From Bacillota bacterium (lineage in GTDB: Bacteria > Bacillota > Clostridia > Oscillospirales > Ruminococcaceae), in assembly GCA_023666805.1 (NCBI GenBank), contig JAMPBF010000001.1, forward strand, positions 1 through 61,167: DNA of 61,167 bases, written 5' to 3'. Shown one piece after another: positions 40,293-50,862 of this stretch. Under the pieces are notes generated by a model. The model did not search any database, was not told the origin of the DNA, and saw only the letters and a list, made by a program, of their open reading frames with translations. The stretch's first letter is position 1. Every line of letters starts with the position of its first letter. The translations under genes were made by a program, and so were the position numbers.

Positions 40293-41227
40293 TGACCCAC
40301 CCCTCCTCTCGGGGCGTCGCCTATCATCTCCATAAAGGCGTCTTCAAGGGATTTTTGCTGCGGTATCACTCCCTCCACATTTATATCGGCAAGGGCTAAA
40401 GCCTTGATGTAAGCGGAAATATTCGATCTTTCCGTCATCACCTCCAGCTCCCCGTCGTTAAGACGGTATTCCATGCCCGATTCCTCTGCGATCTTTTCCG
40501 CCTCCGCCGTATCCTCGGTGATTATCCTGTAGGCGATTTTGACGTTATCGGACTGTAGACCGTGTATCTCCTGCATGGTCATGGTATTTATTACTCTGCC
40601 GCTGTTTATAACGCAAACTCGGTCGCACATCAGCTCCAATTCCGCCAGCATGTGGCTTGAGACGAACACGGCGCAGCCCTCCTCGTGGGCAAGACGGCAC
40701 AAAATATCCCTCAGATCCTTTATTCCCGCAGGATCAAGTCCGTTGGTGGGCTCGTCCAGCACAAGGAGCTTGGGACGGTGAAGGATCGCCTGAGCTATGC
40801 CTAATCTCTGCCGCATACCCAAAGAGTACTTGGAGATCTTGTCGTTAATTCTTGCTCGAAGATCCACCGTGTCAATGACCTCCTCGATGCGTTCCTTGGA
40901 AATGCCCCTTTGCATACGGGCGTACTGCATAAGATTTTGTCTGCCTGTAAGATACTTGTACATTTCGGGATTTTCGATAATTCCGCCCACGTTTGCCACT
41001 GCCGCCTCAAAATCGTCCTTTACCTCATGATTGCAGATCTTGATGGAGCCGTCCTTGTAATTGAGCAAGCCCAACATTGTTTTAATGGTGGTGGTTTTAC
41101 CCGAGCCGTTCGGTCCCAAAAAACCGAACACCTCGCCGCTGTAAACCTTTAAGGTGATATTTTTTAAGATCTCCTTCTTCCCGATGCTTTTCGACAAATC
41201 GTTTATCCAAAGAATCAGCTTAGCCAT
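40289..41227 (-). CDS. ABC transporter ATP-binding protein (BcrA-like)
   Basis: GPNGSGKT, YSLGMRQR, LDEPTNGLD, SSH. Confidence 0.92.
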   Translation of the reverse strand: MAKLILWINDLSKSIGKKEILKNITLKVYSGEVFGFLGPNGSGKTTTIKTMLGLLNYKDGSIKICNHEVKDDFEAAVANVGGIIENPEMYKYLTGRQNLMQYARMQRGISKERIEEVIDTVDLRARINDKISKYSLGMRQRLGIAQAILHRPKLLVLDEPTNGLDPAGIKDLRDILCRLAHEEGCAVFVSSHMLAELELMCDRVCVINSGRVINTMTMQEIHGLQSDNVKIAYRIITEDTAEAEKIAEESGMEYRLNDGELEVMTERSNISAYIKALALADINVEGVIPQQKSLEDAFMEMIGDAPRGGVGQ

Positions 41228-41291
41228 AGGTATTCTCCCTTGCGTATCGTATGTGCGTACCAATTTCAATTAGCACAGTTATTACAACCCT

Positions 41292-41320
41292 ATTATAGAC
41301 AATATAAGGCAATTTGTCAA
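41292..41320 (-). promoter_or_regulatory. Consensus sigma-A promoter
   Basis: TTGACA-17-TATAAT. Confidence 0.75.
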
Positions 41321-41404
41321 TAGTTTTCCGAAATATTTCTCAAAAAAATAAAAACAGTGTTAAAGCCTATGCAATAACACTGTTAATTATCGGAAAATTT
41401 GGTT

Positions 41405-41593
41405 TTAGTTCGCTCTCTGTACCTTGCCGGAACGCAGGCATCTTGTGCAGACGTTAACTCTGCAAGGAGTTCCGTTAACGATAGCCTTTACCTTCTGTAC
41501 ATTGGGCTTATAGGTTCTGTTGGAGCATCTGTGCGAGTGAGAAACCTTAATACCGAAAGTGACACCTTTTCCGCAGATATCGCATTTTGCCAC
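41405..41593 (-). CDS. rpmB: 50S ribosomal protein L28
   Basis: AKCDICGK...VSHSH...KPNVQKV...VCTRCLRSGKV; GTG start, SD GGAGGTG. Confidence 0.97.
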   Translation of the reverse strand: MAKCDICGKGVTFGIKVSHSHRCSNRTYKPNVQKVKAIVNGTPCRVNVCTRCLRSGKVQRAN

Positions 41594-41734
41594 GGTGAAC
41601 ACCTCCCTTTCAATTCTTATTTTCAATATTTTATCAAATACTTTTTCAAATGCCTTATTATTATAACAGGTATTTAAGCAAAAATCAAGTACTTTTTTAA
41701 AATTTTTGCTGTTTTTTGGCAAATTAATTTTGGA

Positions 41735-42733
41735 TCAATTCCAAAAAGGCTCCTTCTCCTGATTCTTGGGGCGGGTCATAAGGCTTTGCACGCCGATCTT
41801 GGGCGCAACGCCGTTGAAGCAGACCTGATACAGCTGTTCGATTATGGGCATTTCCACGCCCTTTTCGACGGCAAGGTCGTGAGCTATCTTGCAGCAGCCG
41901 TAGCCCTCCACCGTGCCGACCTGCTCTATGGCTGACTTTACTTCGACCCCCTGTCCTATCAGCAGTCCCGCTCTGTGGTTGCGGGAATGCATGGAGGTGC
42001 AGGTCACGATCAGATCCCCCACGCCCGCCAAGCCCGTGAAGGTCTCCCACTTGGCGCCTACCGCAACGCCGAGGCGGGTAATTTCGGTAAGCCCTCTTGT
42101 CATGAGAGCCGCCAGGGTGTTGTCCCCCAGTCCCATTCCCTCGACAATACCGCAGGAAAGAGCGATGGGGTTTTTCAGGGCGGGAGCGATCTCGCAGCCT
42201 ATAACGTCGTCGTTGACATATATTCTGAAAGCGGGGTTCATCAGGGTTTCCTGAACATAAGCCGCCATGTCCGCCCACCGGCTCGCCATTACCACGCTGG
42301 TGGGGACGCCTCTGCCCACCTCCTCCGCATGGCACGGACCCGCCATCACCACTATGGGATTTTTCGGCAGCTCCTCGGCTATGACCTGTGAAAGACGGTT
42401 GTAAGTACCCTCCTCCAAGCCCTTGCCCACGTTCAGCACCACCGTTTTCGGCGAAATGTAGGGGGCGACGGCGGAGACCCCGTCCCGCACAAACTTAGAG
42501 GGGATAGCGACTATCACTATGTCCGCCCCCTCAACGCAGGAGGGGTCGGAGGTAAAGGCTATGGATTCGGGTATTTTTATACCCGGCAGGAGCTTTTTCT
42601 GCTCCCTGTCCTTTAAAATCTGCCTTATTTCATCGGGGTACTTTGACCATGCGGTGACCTTGTGACCGCTTGAGTCGAGCATTACCGCCAACGCAGCCCC
42701 AAAGCCGCAGCCTAAAACCGTTATATTAGCCAT
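41735..42733 (-). CDS. gpsA: NAD(P)H-dependent glycerol-3-phosphate dehydrogenase
   Basis: LGCGFGAALA, GPCHAEEV, ALKN, GLAGVGDLIVTCTSMHSRN. Confidence 0.96.
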   Translation of the reverse strand: MANITVLGCGFGAALAVMLDSSGHKVTAWSKYPDEIRQILKDREQKKLLPGIKIPESIAFTSDPSCVEGADIVIVAIPSKFVRDGVSAVAPYISPKTVVLNVGKGLEEGTYNRLSQVIAEELPKNPIVVMAGPCHAEEVGRGVPTSVVMASRWADMAAYVQETLMNPAFRIYVNDDVIGCEIAPALKNPIALSCGIVEGMGLGDNTLAALMTRGLTEITRLGVAVGAKWETFTGLAGVGDLIVTCTSMHSRNHRAGLLIGQGVEVKSAIEQVGTVEGYGCCKIAHDLAVEKGVEMPIIEQLYQVCFNGVAPKIGVQSLMTRPKNQEKEPFWN

Positions 42734-42751
42734 TTCAAATTCCTTTGTCGA

Positions 42752-43462
42752 TTATTTTTCGGAAGCCTTCTTATTTTCGGCGCTGTCCGTTTCCTTCTTT
42801 TTTTCCCCGAATTTCTTTTCGGTGTGGTTTATCAGGCGCTTTATATTCTCTCGGTGCATAAAAATTATCGTAAGCGCCATAAGACCGCTGAACAGGAAGT
42901 TTCCCCAATAGCAGGGACTTTCTTCCATTATGCTGAAGATAAGCACCGTAAAGGGGTAGAGAAATCCCGCTATGCATGAGCCCAAGGAAACATACCTTGT
43001 CAGCGCCACAATGATCCCGAAAATGCCCAAAAGAATTACGGCGGGGACCCAGTCTATGGCAAGAAGCACGGAGCAGGTGACCAAAACGCCCTTGCCCCCC
43101 TTAAAGCCGTAATATACGGGGAAAACGTGACCGAGTATCGCAGCGGTGCCCGAAGCGTACAAGACCCACTCATAGGAGCTTCCCGGCGCTCTCGGATCAA
43201 TGCCCGCAATGTATTTGAAGGCGAGCCCGACGATTATCACCGACAAAACGCCCTTTGCCACGTCGCCTAACAGCACGAAAAGCGCCGCCAGCTTGCCTTG
43301 GGTGCGCAGGGTGTTGGTGAGACCCGCATTGCCGCTTCCCATAGTCCTTATATCCTTGCCCGTTTTTATTTTGGTGACTATTATGGCGGTATTTATGCCG
43401 CACAGCAGATAGGGCACTGCCACCAAAATTACAAAGCATATTATTATTTTAAACGTTGCCAT
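42752..43462 (-). CDS. plsY: Glycerol-3-phosphate acyltransferase
   Basis: DIRTMGSGNAGLTN, GHVFPVYYGFKGGKGV, HRENIKRL. Confidence 0.96.
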   Translation of the reverse strand: MATFKIIICFVILVAVPYLLCGINTAIIVTKIKTGKDIRTMGSGNAGLTNTLRTQGKLAALFVLLGDVAKGVLSVIIVGLAFKYIAGIDPRAPGSSYEWVLYASGTAAILGHVFPVYYGFKGGKGVLVTCSVLLAIDWVPAVILLGIFGIIVALTRYVSLGSCIAGFLYPFTVLIFSIMEESPCYWGNFLFSGLMALTIIFMHRENIKRLINHTEKKFGEKKKETDSAENKKASEK

Positions 43463-43473
43463 TGTGTTGTCCT

Positions 43474-44793
43474 TTACGAGTTTTCTCCCCGCTCCCTCGG
43501 GATAAATCTGATGGGAGTTCCGTCCAAGCCGAACGCCTCTCTGATCTGATTTTCAAGGTAGCGCTGATAGGAAAAGTGGAAAAGCTCCTTGTTATTGCAA
43601 AAGCAGACGAAGGTGGGGGGCTTGACGGAGGCTTGGGTCATATAATAAAGCTTCAGCCGCTTTCCCTTGTCCGAGGGAGGCTGTACCCTGGCGGTGGCGT
43701 AGCTTAAAAGCTCGTTCAATCTTCCCGTGGGTATTCTTCTTGCATTTTGCTCCACCGTGTAGTTAATAAGCTCAAAAAGCTTGTCAATGCGCTGACCCGT
43801 AACGGCGGAGATAAAAACGAAGGGAGCGTAGGGCATAAAGCTGAAATCCACCTGAAGCTTTTTGGTAAACTCCTGCATGGTTTTGCCGTCCTTGTCTATC
43901 AGATCCCATTTGTTTACGGCAATGACGCTTGCCTTGCCCCGTTCGTGAGCGTAGCCCGCTATTTTGCTGTCCTGCTCGGTGAAGCCCTCCTCTGCGTCTA
44001 TCATGATCACGCACACGTCGGCTCTGTCCACCGCCATATAGGCTCGAAGGACGCTGTATTTTTCCACGTTGTCGTTCACCTTGGATTTTCTTCGTATACC
44101 TGCGGTGTCTATCAAAAGGTATTTTTGCTCCTTGCGGGTTATGACGGTATCCACGGCGTCCCTTGTGGTACCCGCCTTGTCGGACACTATCATGCGCTTT
44201 TCTCCCGCTATTTTGTTGACGAGAGAGGATTTGCCCGCATTGGGCTTGCCGATGACGGCTACCTTTATAATATTCTCCTCCTCTTCCTCGGCGGAAGCGT
44301 CGGGCATATTTTCAAAAACGGCGTCCAACAGGTCGCCCGTGCCGTGACCGTGAACGGAGGATACGGCTATGGGGTCGCCTAAGCCCAAATTGTAAAACTC
44401 GTATATTTCGGGGGGATCGTCTCCCAAGCTGTCGCACTTGTTGACGCATAAAACCACGGGCTTTCCGCTTTTTTGCAGCATTTGCGCCACGTCCTGATCC
44501 GAAGAGGTCATTCCTGTTTTTATGTCGGTGACGAAAATTATCGCATCGGCGCTGTCAATGGCTAACTGCGCCTGCTCCCGCATTTGGGAGAGGATAACGT
44601 CCTTGCTGTCGGGCTCGATGCCTCCCGTGTCTATCAGCATAAACTCTCGGTTCAGCCACTCGCTTTTGCCGTAAATGCGGTCTCGGGTAACGCCGGGAGC
44701 GTCGTCCACAATGCTTACCCGCTGACCCACCAGCTTATTGAAAAGCGTGGACTTGCCCACGTTGGGTCTGCCCACTATCGCTACGAATCTCAT
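43474..44793 (-). CDS. der: Ribosome biogenesis GTPase Der (EngA)
   Basis: Two G domains GRPNVGKS and GKPNAGKS, DTAG, KH-like C-terminus. Confidence 0.98.
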   Translation of the reverse strand: MRFVAIVGRPNVGKSTLFNKLVGQRVSIVDDAPGVTRDRIYGKSEWLNREFMLIDTGGIEPDSKDVILSQMREQAQLAIDSADAIIFVTDIKTGMTSSDQDVAQMLQKSGKPVVLCVNKCDSLGDDPPEIYEFYNLGLGDPIAVSSVHGHGTGDLLDAVFENMPDASAEEEEENIIKVAVIGKPNAGKSSLVNKIAGEKRMIVSDKAGTTRDAVDTVITRKEQKYLLIDTAGIRRKSKVNDNVEKYSVLRAYMAVDRADVCVIMIDAEEGFTEQDSKIAGYAHERGKASVIAVNKWDLIDKDGKTMQEFTKKLQVDFSFMPYAPFVFISAVTGQRIDKLFELINYTVEQNARRIPTGRLNELLSYATARVQPPSDKGKRLKLYYMTQASVKPPTFVCFCNNKELFHFSYQRYLENQIREAFGLDGTPIRFIPRERGENS

Positions 44794-45128
44794 TGAATCT
44801 TTCCTTTTTTTCTGTACTTTTTCTCTATTATTTTATAAGCCGCTATTGCTATGGGAATGCCTATTACGATCCCGCCGACCTGGAATATGTTTGCCGCCAA
44901 GCCGTTTATCGGGTGCAAAACCGCCGCAATAAGCTGCGGCAGGGTGAGAAACGCCCATATCAAGCCGTTGCCTCGGTTAAACGCCCTTATATCGGAAATT
45001 TCAGCGGTCTTTACCTCATCGCCCGCCCAAAAGTTAACCGGCGCTTTGGAGGTAAAAGCCCATATGGATACGCCTCCGAAGCTTGCTATCATTATAGCGG
45101 TCACGAACTCGTTTATTACCCATGTCAT
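44790..45128 (-). CDS. Small membrane protein
   Basis: SD AAAGGAGG; three hydrophobic segments; TTGACA-17-TATAAT at 45166-45194. Confidence 0.7.
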   Translation of the reverse strand: MTWVINEFVTAIMIASFGGVSIWAFTSKAPVNFWAGDEVKTAEISDIRAFNRGNGLIWAFLTLPQLIAAVLHPINGLAANIFQVGGIVIGIPIAIAAYKIIEKKYRKKGKIQ

Positions 45129-45344
45129 AGCTGTACCTCCTTTTTGGCATAATTCTACGTATACTATTATACTCCTATTATTTGCGTATGTCAACATTTT
45201 TGGGCGGCTTTTTCTTTGGGAAGGCGATTGCCGCAGACCGTGCGCTGCACCCCAAACGCCGCATAAAAAAACGAAGCGGCTGCAAAAGGCACAGCCGCTT
45301 CGGAAAAATATCAAGGCTCGGTTCAAGTGCGGGCAAACGCTAAG

Positions 45345-46190
45345 TCACAAAGGCTGTTTTTCCGTTTGCACCTCTCCCTTCAAGCCTTTGTACAGCCTCA
45401 CTCCGCAAATCGTCAGCACCGCCGCACCCGCAAGCATACAAAGCTCTGCGGTAACGATCCCGATCACTCCTCTTTGGTACAGTGCGGCAAAAACGTCAAC
45501 CGCCGCATGTGCGAATATTGCGAAAAACAAATACCCGATCTTTCCCCGCATAACTCCGCAGTAAACCGTCACGGTCAGGGAAATATGTATCGCCATTGCG
45601 ATTATTCGTTCAAAAACCGTTATCGCACCCTGAAACGGGCTGAAATCCGCTGCCGAGGCTATAGCCGCATAGGCGGCTTGAAGGGTGCTTTCGGGGGCGT
45701 CCGATGGTACGTTCATAAGCGGCAGCGCCTTATCTATCCCCAATACCCCGATGACAGCCAAGACTATAAGCATATTCACAACGGACATAACTCCCACCGC
45801 CAGCACCTCGATGCCGCCGTGTCCTATGCCGTACATCACTGCGTTTTCCCTTGTTTTGTTCTTTTTCATGATGAATTTCATGACGACAAATCTGCCGCAC
45901 TCCTCAAAAATGCCCGCCATCATGGCGCCGTAGATAACATATGCGGCGGTATTTCCGCTGATAAATCGGGAAACGGGATTGTCCAAAACCAAGCACACCG
46001 TATGTACCAGCTGCTCCAATACAAGTGCGGACGCAATAAACCCCACCGCCCCAAAAATCAAGGGCATAAGGGAGACCGACTTTCCGCAGCGCTTTTTCCA
46101 AAAAATTACCGCAGCAACAGGCAGTGCGAGCAAAACCAACGCCGTCACCGTCAGAGTTATCACCGCCGAAGCCTTTATATCTATTTCCAT
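45345..46190 (-). CDS. YhfC-family intramembrane metalloprotease
   Basis: AGIFEECGR, YGIGHGGIE, ERIIAMAIH, HAAVD. Confidence 0.85.
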   Translation of the reverse strand: MEIDIKASAVITLTVTALVLLALPVAAVIFWKKRCGKSVSLMPLIFGAVGFIASALVLEQLVHTVCLVLDNPVSRFISGNTAAYVIYGAMMAGIFEECGRFVVMKFIMKKNKTRENAVMYGIGHGGIEVLAVGVMSVVNMLIVLAVIGVLGIDKALPLMNVPSDAPESTLQAAYAAIASAADFSPFQGAITVFERIIAMAIHISLTVTVYCGVMRGKIGYLFFAIFAHAAVDVFAALYQRGVIGIVTAELCMLAGAAVLTICGVRLYKGLKGEVQTEKQPL

Positions 46191-46195
46191 ATTTC

Positions 46196-46849
46196 TCACC
46201 TTTCCTTTACAGAATATACGTAAATCAAGCAAACAATCCCCGCCGCAATGATTATTCCCGAGCTTATGCCCATGCAGAGCACGCCTTTTGTGAAAATGCA
46301 TGTCAGTACCACAGCCGCTCCGCTTATTATAAAGCATATCCCTCCGAAGCGGTGGCTTTTTCTCCACACGGTCTCGCTGCTTAAGGTCCTTGGCACCCTT
46401 ATCCCTATCCAGCTGTTCTTTTTCAGCTTGGGCATAAAGTTGCCGAAAATTATCAGAGCGATCCCCAGTACGGCAAACAAAACCGAGTTAAGGTCAGCGG
46501 AAACGTCGTTTAGATTTTCGGTCAGGGTAAAATCCACATACAGGAAATACCCGGTCATGGCGTTGAATATCACAAGGACCACGATGCCGAACAAAACGCT
46601 GATCCTCCTGTTGTTTTCACCGCCGCCCTCCTGCTTTGCACTGAGGCTCTCCACGGCGAGCATTATAATGCCCATAATTACGGTGACGATCGGAAAAATA
46701 AGGGTCTCATACTTGCTGCCCCAGCGGTCTGCCTGCCCGTCTGCACCGAAATGAGCGGGAATTTGCTCCGGCAAAAATTGCAGCGACACAATCACTGCCA
46801 GCAGCGGCAAAAACATTAAAATATAAAATATGATTTTTCTTGCCCTCAT
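46196..46849 (-). CDS. SdpI-family immunity membrane protein (DUF1648 + SdpI)
   Basis: LPEQIPAHFGADGQADRWGSK; KKNSWIGIRVPRTLSSETVWRKSHR. Confidence 0.85.
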   Translation of the reverse strand: MRARKIIFYILMFLPLLAVIVSLQFLPEQIPAHFGADGQADRWGSKYETLIFPIVTVIMGIIMLAVESLSAKQEGGGENNRRISVLFGIVVLVIFNAMTGYFLYVDFTLTENLNDVSADLNSVLFAVLGIALIIFGNFMPKLKKNSWIGIRVPRTLSSETVWRKSHRFGGICFIISGAAVVLTCIFTKGVLCMGISSGIIIAAGIVCLIYVYSVKER

Positions 46850-47115
46850 TGCTTTTCTCCTCTTAAAGAATCGATCCACATGACCGCCTCGTCGAGAATG
46901 GTCAAATTCAGCTCGTAATAAATAAAGTTTTTGCAGCGGGTCTCGTAGATCAGATCCGCCTTTTTCAGCTTAGCCAAGTGATAGGACAGAGCCTGCGGGC
47001 TCATGCCGAGGCAGCTTGCCAGATCACCCGAGCTGATTTTGCCATCCTTGAGCTTTGTGAGTATTTTTCTCCTCGTCTCATCCGCCAAGGCAGATAAAAT
47101 TTCGTTGATCGCCAA
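46846..47115 (-). CDS. ArsR/SdpR-family repressor
   Basis: ALADETRRKIL...ALSYHLAKLKKADLI...KNFIYYELN; TTG start uncertain (47115 or 47130). Confidence 0.88.
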   Translation of the reverse strand: MAINEILSALADETRRKILTKLKDGKISSGDLASCLGMSPQALSYHLAKLKKADLIYETRCKNFIYYELNLTILDEAVMWIDSLRGEKQ

Positions 47116-47130
47116 CCTATCGCCTGCCAA

Positions 47131-47212
47131 TCTATTTAAAATTTTCTTTAAGTAGATTATAGCACGGCTGTGCTTGTCTTGTCAACAGCTATTTCAAAAA
47201 AATTTTAAATAG
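47131..47212 (-). promoter_or_regulatory. Sigma-A promoter flanked by putative repressor operators
   Basis: TTGACA-18-TATAAT (47156-47185); 14-bp inverted repeat CTATTTAAAATTTT at 47132 / 47199. Confidence 0.7.
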
Positions 47213-47266
47213 TTTGGAAAATAAAAAAGACAGCCCGTAAGCTGTCTTTAATTATACCTCTGATTA

Positions 47267-47449
47267 TTAGTCGGCGTGGGAAATAACTTCTCTGCCCTTG
47301 TAATAACCGCAGTTGCCGCAAACCTTGTGCGGTGCTTTAAGCTCGCCGCAGTTGGAGCAGCGGGAAAAAGCAGGTGCTTCTAACTTCCATACCTGTCCGC
47401 GTCTTTTATCGCGTCTCGCTCTGGATACTTTTCTCTTTGGAACTGCCAT
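47267..47449 (-). CDS. rpmF: 50S ribosomal protein L32
   Basis: MAVPKRKVS...CSNCG...HKVCGNCGYYKG; promoter TTGACA-17-TATACT at 47518-47546. Confidence 0.97.
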   Translation of the reverse strand: MAVPKRKVSRARRDKRRGQVWKLEAPAFSRCSNCGELKAPHKVCGNCGYYKGREVISHAD

Positions 47450-47564
47450 TATTTGCACCTCCCTCTCAAATCAAATTGTTATGGTATTCAGATAGACTGA
47501 ATTTTTGCACGAGTTACAGTATACCACAATGATTTTGATTTGTCAATACTAAATGCGGAAAAAT

Positions 47565-47966
47565 TTACAGATATTTTTTTACGGACTCGGGAAGCGTGTC
47601 CACATCGGCGGAAATTGTGAATACAACATGTGTGGAATCGCTGATGGCAGCGATCTTTTCAAACATTTCGCCGACCTTGTCCAAATCTCTGCCGACTATT
47701 CTGAGCACGCCGTCGACAAAAATGTCGGTGCAGTCGTAATCGGAAGCCAAGATACCGGCAATAAAGCCATAGAGAGCATCATAGTCGTTTATCTTAAAGT
47801 CCTCTATGTTGATCAAGCGGATTTTGTGATAAATATCGATATTCAGCGAAGAACCGATTTGGATCGCAACAACGTTGCCCTTACTGTCCTTTTCCGCCTG
47901 ATGAATTGCGTCGATCAAAACCTTGGTTTTGCCTGAGCCTTTTTTTCCGGGTATAAGTTTAATCAT
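47565..47966 (-). CDS. Small P-loop-containing hypothetical protein
   Basis: GKKGSGKT; DIFVD; SD GGAGG. Confidence 0.75.
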   Translation of the reverse strand: MIKLIPGKKGSGKTKVLIDAIHQAEKDSKGNVVAIQIGSSLNIDIYHKIRLINIEDFKINDYDALYGFIAGILASDYDCTDIFVDGVLRIVGRDLDKVGEMFEKIAAISDSTHVVFTISADVDTLPESVKKYL

Positions 47967-48032
47967 AGTGGTGTCCTCCGTGTTATATAATAAAGGAGTC
48001 TTGCTCCTTCTTACCGATGTAAGGTCTGAGCC

Positions 48033-49370
48033 TCAGTTGAGCTTTGCCTCCAGCTCCGCTTTTCTGTCCTCATATCCGGGCTTGCCCAAAAGTGCGAACA
48101 TATTCTTTTTGTAGCTTTCGACGCCGGGCTGGTCAAAGGGATTAACGCCCAAAATGTAGCCCGATATTGCACAAGCCTTTTCAAGAAAGTAAATAAGGTA
48201 GCCCAACTCGTATTCATTGAGCTGTGGGATCTCCAATACCATATTGGGAGTGCCGCCCTCGGTGTGGGCAAGTATGGTGCCCTCAAACGCCTTGCGGTTT
48301 ACCACCGACATATTCTGTCCCGAAAGGAAGTTCAAGCCGTCGTTGTTTTCGGGATCGTCCTCTAAGAAGAAATCCTTCTGAGGCTTTTCAAACTGTATCA
48401 CCGTTTCAAACAGAATATTTGAACCGTCCTGGATAAACTGACCCAAGGAATGCAGATCGGTGGAGAAGGTGGCGGAGGTGGGGTAAATGCCCTTCCTGTC
48501 CTTGCCCTCGCTTTCGCCGTAAAGCTGCTTGAACCACTCGTTCATCATGGCGAAGCTGTTTTCGTAAGCCACCAGCATTTCTGCCTTAAAGCCTTTGCGG
48601 TAAAGTATATTTCTGACAGCCGCATATTTGTAGCAGTCGTTCTTTTCAATATCGGGATCGTTCAAGCCGTCCTGTGCGTCCTTAGCGCCCTTCATAAGTG
48701 CATCGATGTCACAGCCGGCACAGGCGATGGGGAGAAGTCCCACTGCGGTAAGTACGCTGTATCTGCCGCCTACGTCGTCGGGGATAACAAAGGTCTCGTA
48801 GCCGTTTCTGTCGGAAAGCTCCTTGAGAGTTCCTCTCGCCTTGTCGGTGGTGGCGTAGATCCTGCTCTTAGCGCCCTCTGCACCGTATCTTTCCTCCAAA
48901 AGCGCACGGAATACTCTGAAAGCAAGGGCGGGCTCGGTGGTAGTGCCCGACTTGGAGATAACGTTTACGGAAAAATCCCTGCCTTCCACCAAGGAAATTA
49001 CCTCATTTAAATAAGTAGGGCTGATGGAATTGCCTATAAAGTAAATTTCGGGGGTGTCCTTTTTGAGCGAATTGTAAAGAGAGGACTTTAAAGCCTCGAT
49101 TGCGGCTCTCGCACCCAAATAAGAACCGCCGATGCCGATCACGATCAGCACCTTGCTGTCGCTCTTGATCTTTTCCGCCGCCTTCTTGATACGGGCAAAT
49201 TCCTCCTTGTCGTAGTCAGTGGGGAGGGTTACCCAGCCTAAAAAGTCGTTTCCCAAGCCTTCCCTGCTTGCCAAGGTCTCATGAGCTGCCTTAACGGCGG
49301 GAGCGATGCCCTTATACTCGTTTTCGCCTAAAAATCGGCTTAAATATTTATCGTTTAATTTAACTGCCAT
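48033..49370 (-). CDS. pgi: Glucose-6-phosphate isomerase
   Basis: [40 protein letters not shown]. Confidence 0.98.
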   Translation of the reverse strand: MAVKLNDKYLSRFLGENEYKGIAPAVKAAHETLASREGLGNDFLGWVTLPTDYDKEEFARIKKAAEKIKSDSKVLIVIGIGGSYLGARAAIEALKSSLYNSLKKDTPEIYFIGNSISPTYLNEVISLVEGRDFSVNVISKSGTTTEPALAFRVFRALLEERYGAEGAKSRIYATTDKARGTLKELSDRNGYETFVIPDDVGGRYSVLTAVGLLPIACAGCDIDALMKGAKDAQDGLNDPDIEKNDCYKYAAVRNILYRKGFKAEMLVAYENSFAMMNEWFKQLYGESEGKDRKGIYPTSATFSTDLHSLGQFIQDGSNILFETVIQFEKPQKDFFLEDDPENNDGLNFLSGQNMSVVNRKAFEGTILAHTEGGTPNMVLEIPQLNEYELGYLIYFLEKACAISGYILGVNPFDQPGVESYKKNMFALLGKPGYEDRKAELEAKLN

Positions 49371-49591
49371 TTTGTATCTTCCTTCCTTTGAAGCTGTAAT
49401 ATTGCGTTCGGAGACGGGTTTTGCGAATTTATGCCGTCTTTTCGCACCAATATTTTTGATAATTTCATTATACATTTTTTTGGCTCTTTTTTCAAGGCAT
49501 TTCCCAAACTAAATTTTATCAAATGTGAATTTTGATAATTTTAACAATTTTTCGGACGGAATTTTGGCAATTTATCATAAAAATCAATTTG

Positions 49592-50758
49592 TCAAAAATT
49601 AAGCAGCCCCTGCCACATGAGCCAAAGGCTTTTCATGAAGGTCAGCTCCTCACAGTCGGCTTTAGCGGTGACCTTTACCACAAAAAGGGTATCCTCCTCC
49701 AGCAAAACTATTATCTTTCCCACCTGATCGCCTTGCTTTACGGGGGCGCTTACCTTTTCCCGAATATTATACAGATATTCCACCTCGCCGCTTTTCCCTC
49801 TTGGGATAAGACACCTGAGATCTTTTTCCGTTTCGACGGCTATCAGCTTCTCCACGCCCTTTTCCGCTTTAACAGGCTGTAGCTTTTCCCGGTCAAAGAC
49901 GGGCGAAAAAAGCTCGAAGCCGTCAAAGCCGTAGTCCAAAAGCTTTTCCGCAATATCAAAGCGCCCCTCGTCGGTTTCCGCCCCCAATACCACGGCGATA
50001 AGCTCCATGTCTCCCCGCTTGGCGGTGGCGGCAAAGCAATAACCCGCATTGTCGGTGGTGCCCGTTTTAAGCCCCGTTATCCCCTTATAGCCCAACAGAC
50101 GGTTAGTATTCAACAGCTGAGTTGCTCTGTCCGTTCCCTCTCTCACATAGGTCAGGCGGGTCAGCAAAAATTCATCGTAGCAATCGTGTTTTCTAAGCTC
50201 GGCAGCCATTTTTGCCACGTCTGCCGCTGTAGAACAGTGACCCTCGGCGTCCAAGCCCGTGGAATTGACAAAATTGGTGTTTTTCATTCCCAACTCGCCT
50301 GCCCGCTTGTTCATACGCTGCACAAATGCGTCCTCACTGCCCGCTATGTGCTCCGCCAGGGCAACGCAGGCGTCGTTGGCGCTGCTTATCACTATAGATC
50401 GGGCTATATCGTAAAGGCTCATTTTTTCCCCTTCGTTGAGCCAAATCACCGAGCCCTCCATGGAAAAGGCTCTAAAGGAAGCGGTCACCGTGTCCTCCAT
50501 GGAGATACTGCCCGCCTCCAGCTCCTCCGCCGCAATAAGCAATGTCATTATCTTGGTCACACTGGCAACAGGCAGCTTTTCATCGGGATTTTGAGAATAC
50601 AGCACCTGCCCCGTCACCGCCTCCGTAAGAATTACGGATCTTGCGGGGTAAAGGTTCTTCTCCTTTTTTTCGCCCTCCTCCGCCAAGACGGCGACGCTGC
50701 CGCAAGCAAAGACAATTACCGCCATAAAAAAAGAAATCACGGCTTTTGACGTTTTCAA
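49592..50758 (-). CDS. D-alanyl-D-alanine carboxypeptidase (S11, DacF-like)
   Basis: SVTK, SAN and KTG motifs; signal peptide. Confidence 0.92.
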   Translation of the reverse strand: MKTSKAVISFFMAVIVFACGSVAVLAEEGEKKEKNLYPARSVILTEAVTGQVLYSQNPDEKLPVASVTKIMTLLIAAEELEAGSISMEDTVTASFRAFSMEGSVIWLNEGEKMSLYDIARSIVISSANDACVALAEHIAGSEDAFVQRMNKRAGELGMKNTNFVNSTGLDAEGHCSTAADVAKMAAELRKHDCYDEFLLTRLTYVREGTDRATQLLNTNRLLGYKGITGLKTGTTDNAGYCFAATAKRGDMELIAVVLGAETDEGRFDIAEKLLDYGFDGFELFSPVFDREKLQPVKAEKGVEKLIAVETEKDLRCLIPRGKSGEVEYLYNIREKVSAPVKQGDQVGKIIVLLEEDTLFVVKVTAKADCEELTFMKSLWLMWQGLLNF

Positions 50759-50862
50759 CCTTATCAGCTCCCTTATATGTAGTTTTGTCCTTATAAAATA
50801 TGTATAAAAAGGCAATAAAATACGCAATATATTTCCACAATATTTTTAAAGGGGTTGAATTT

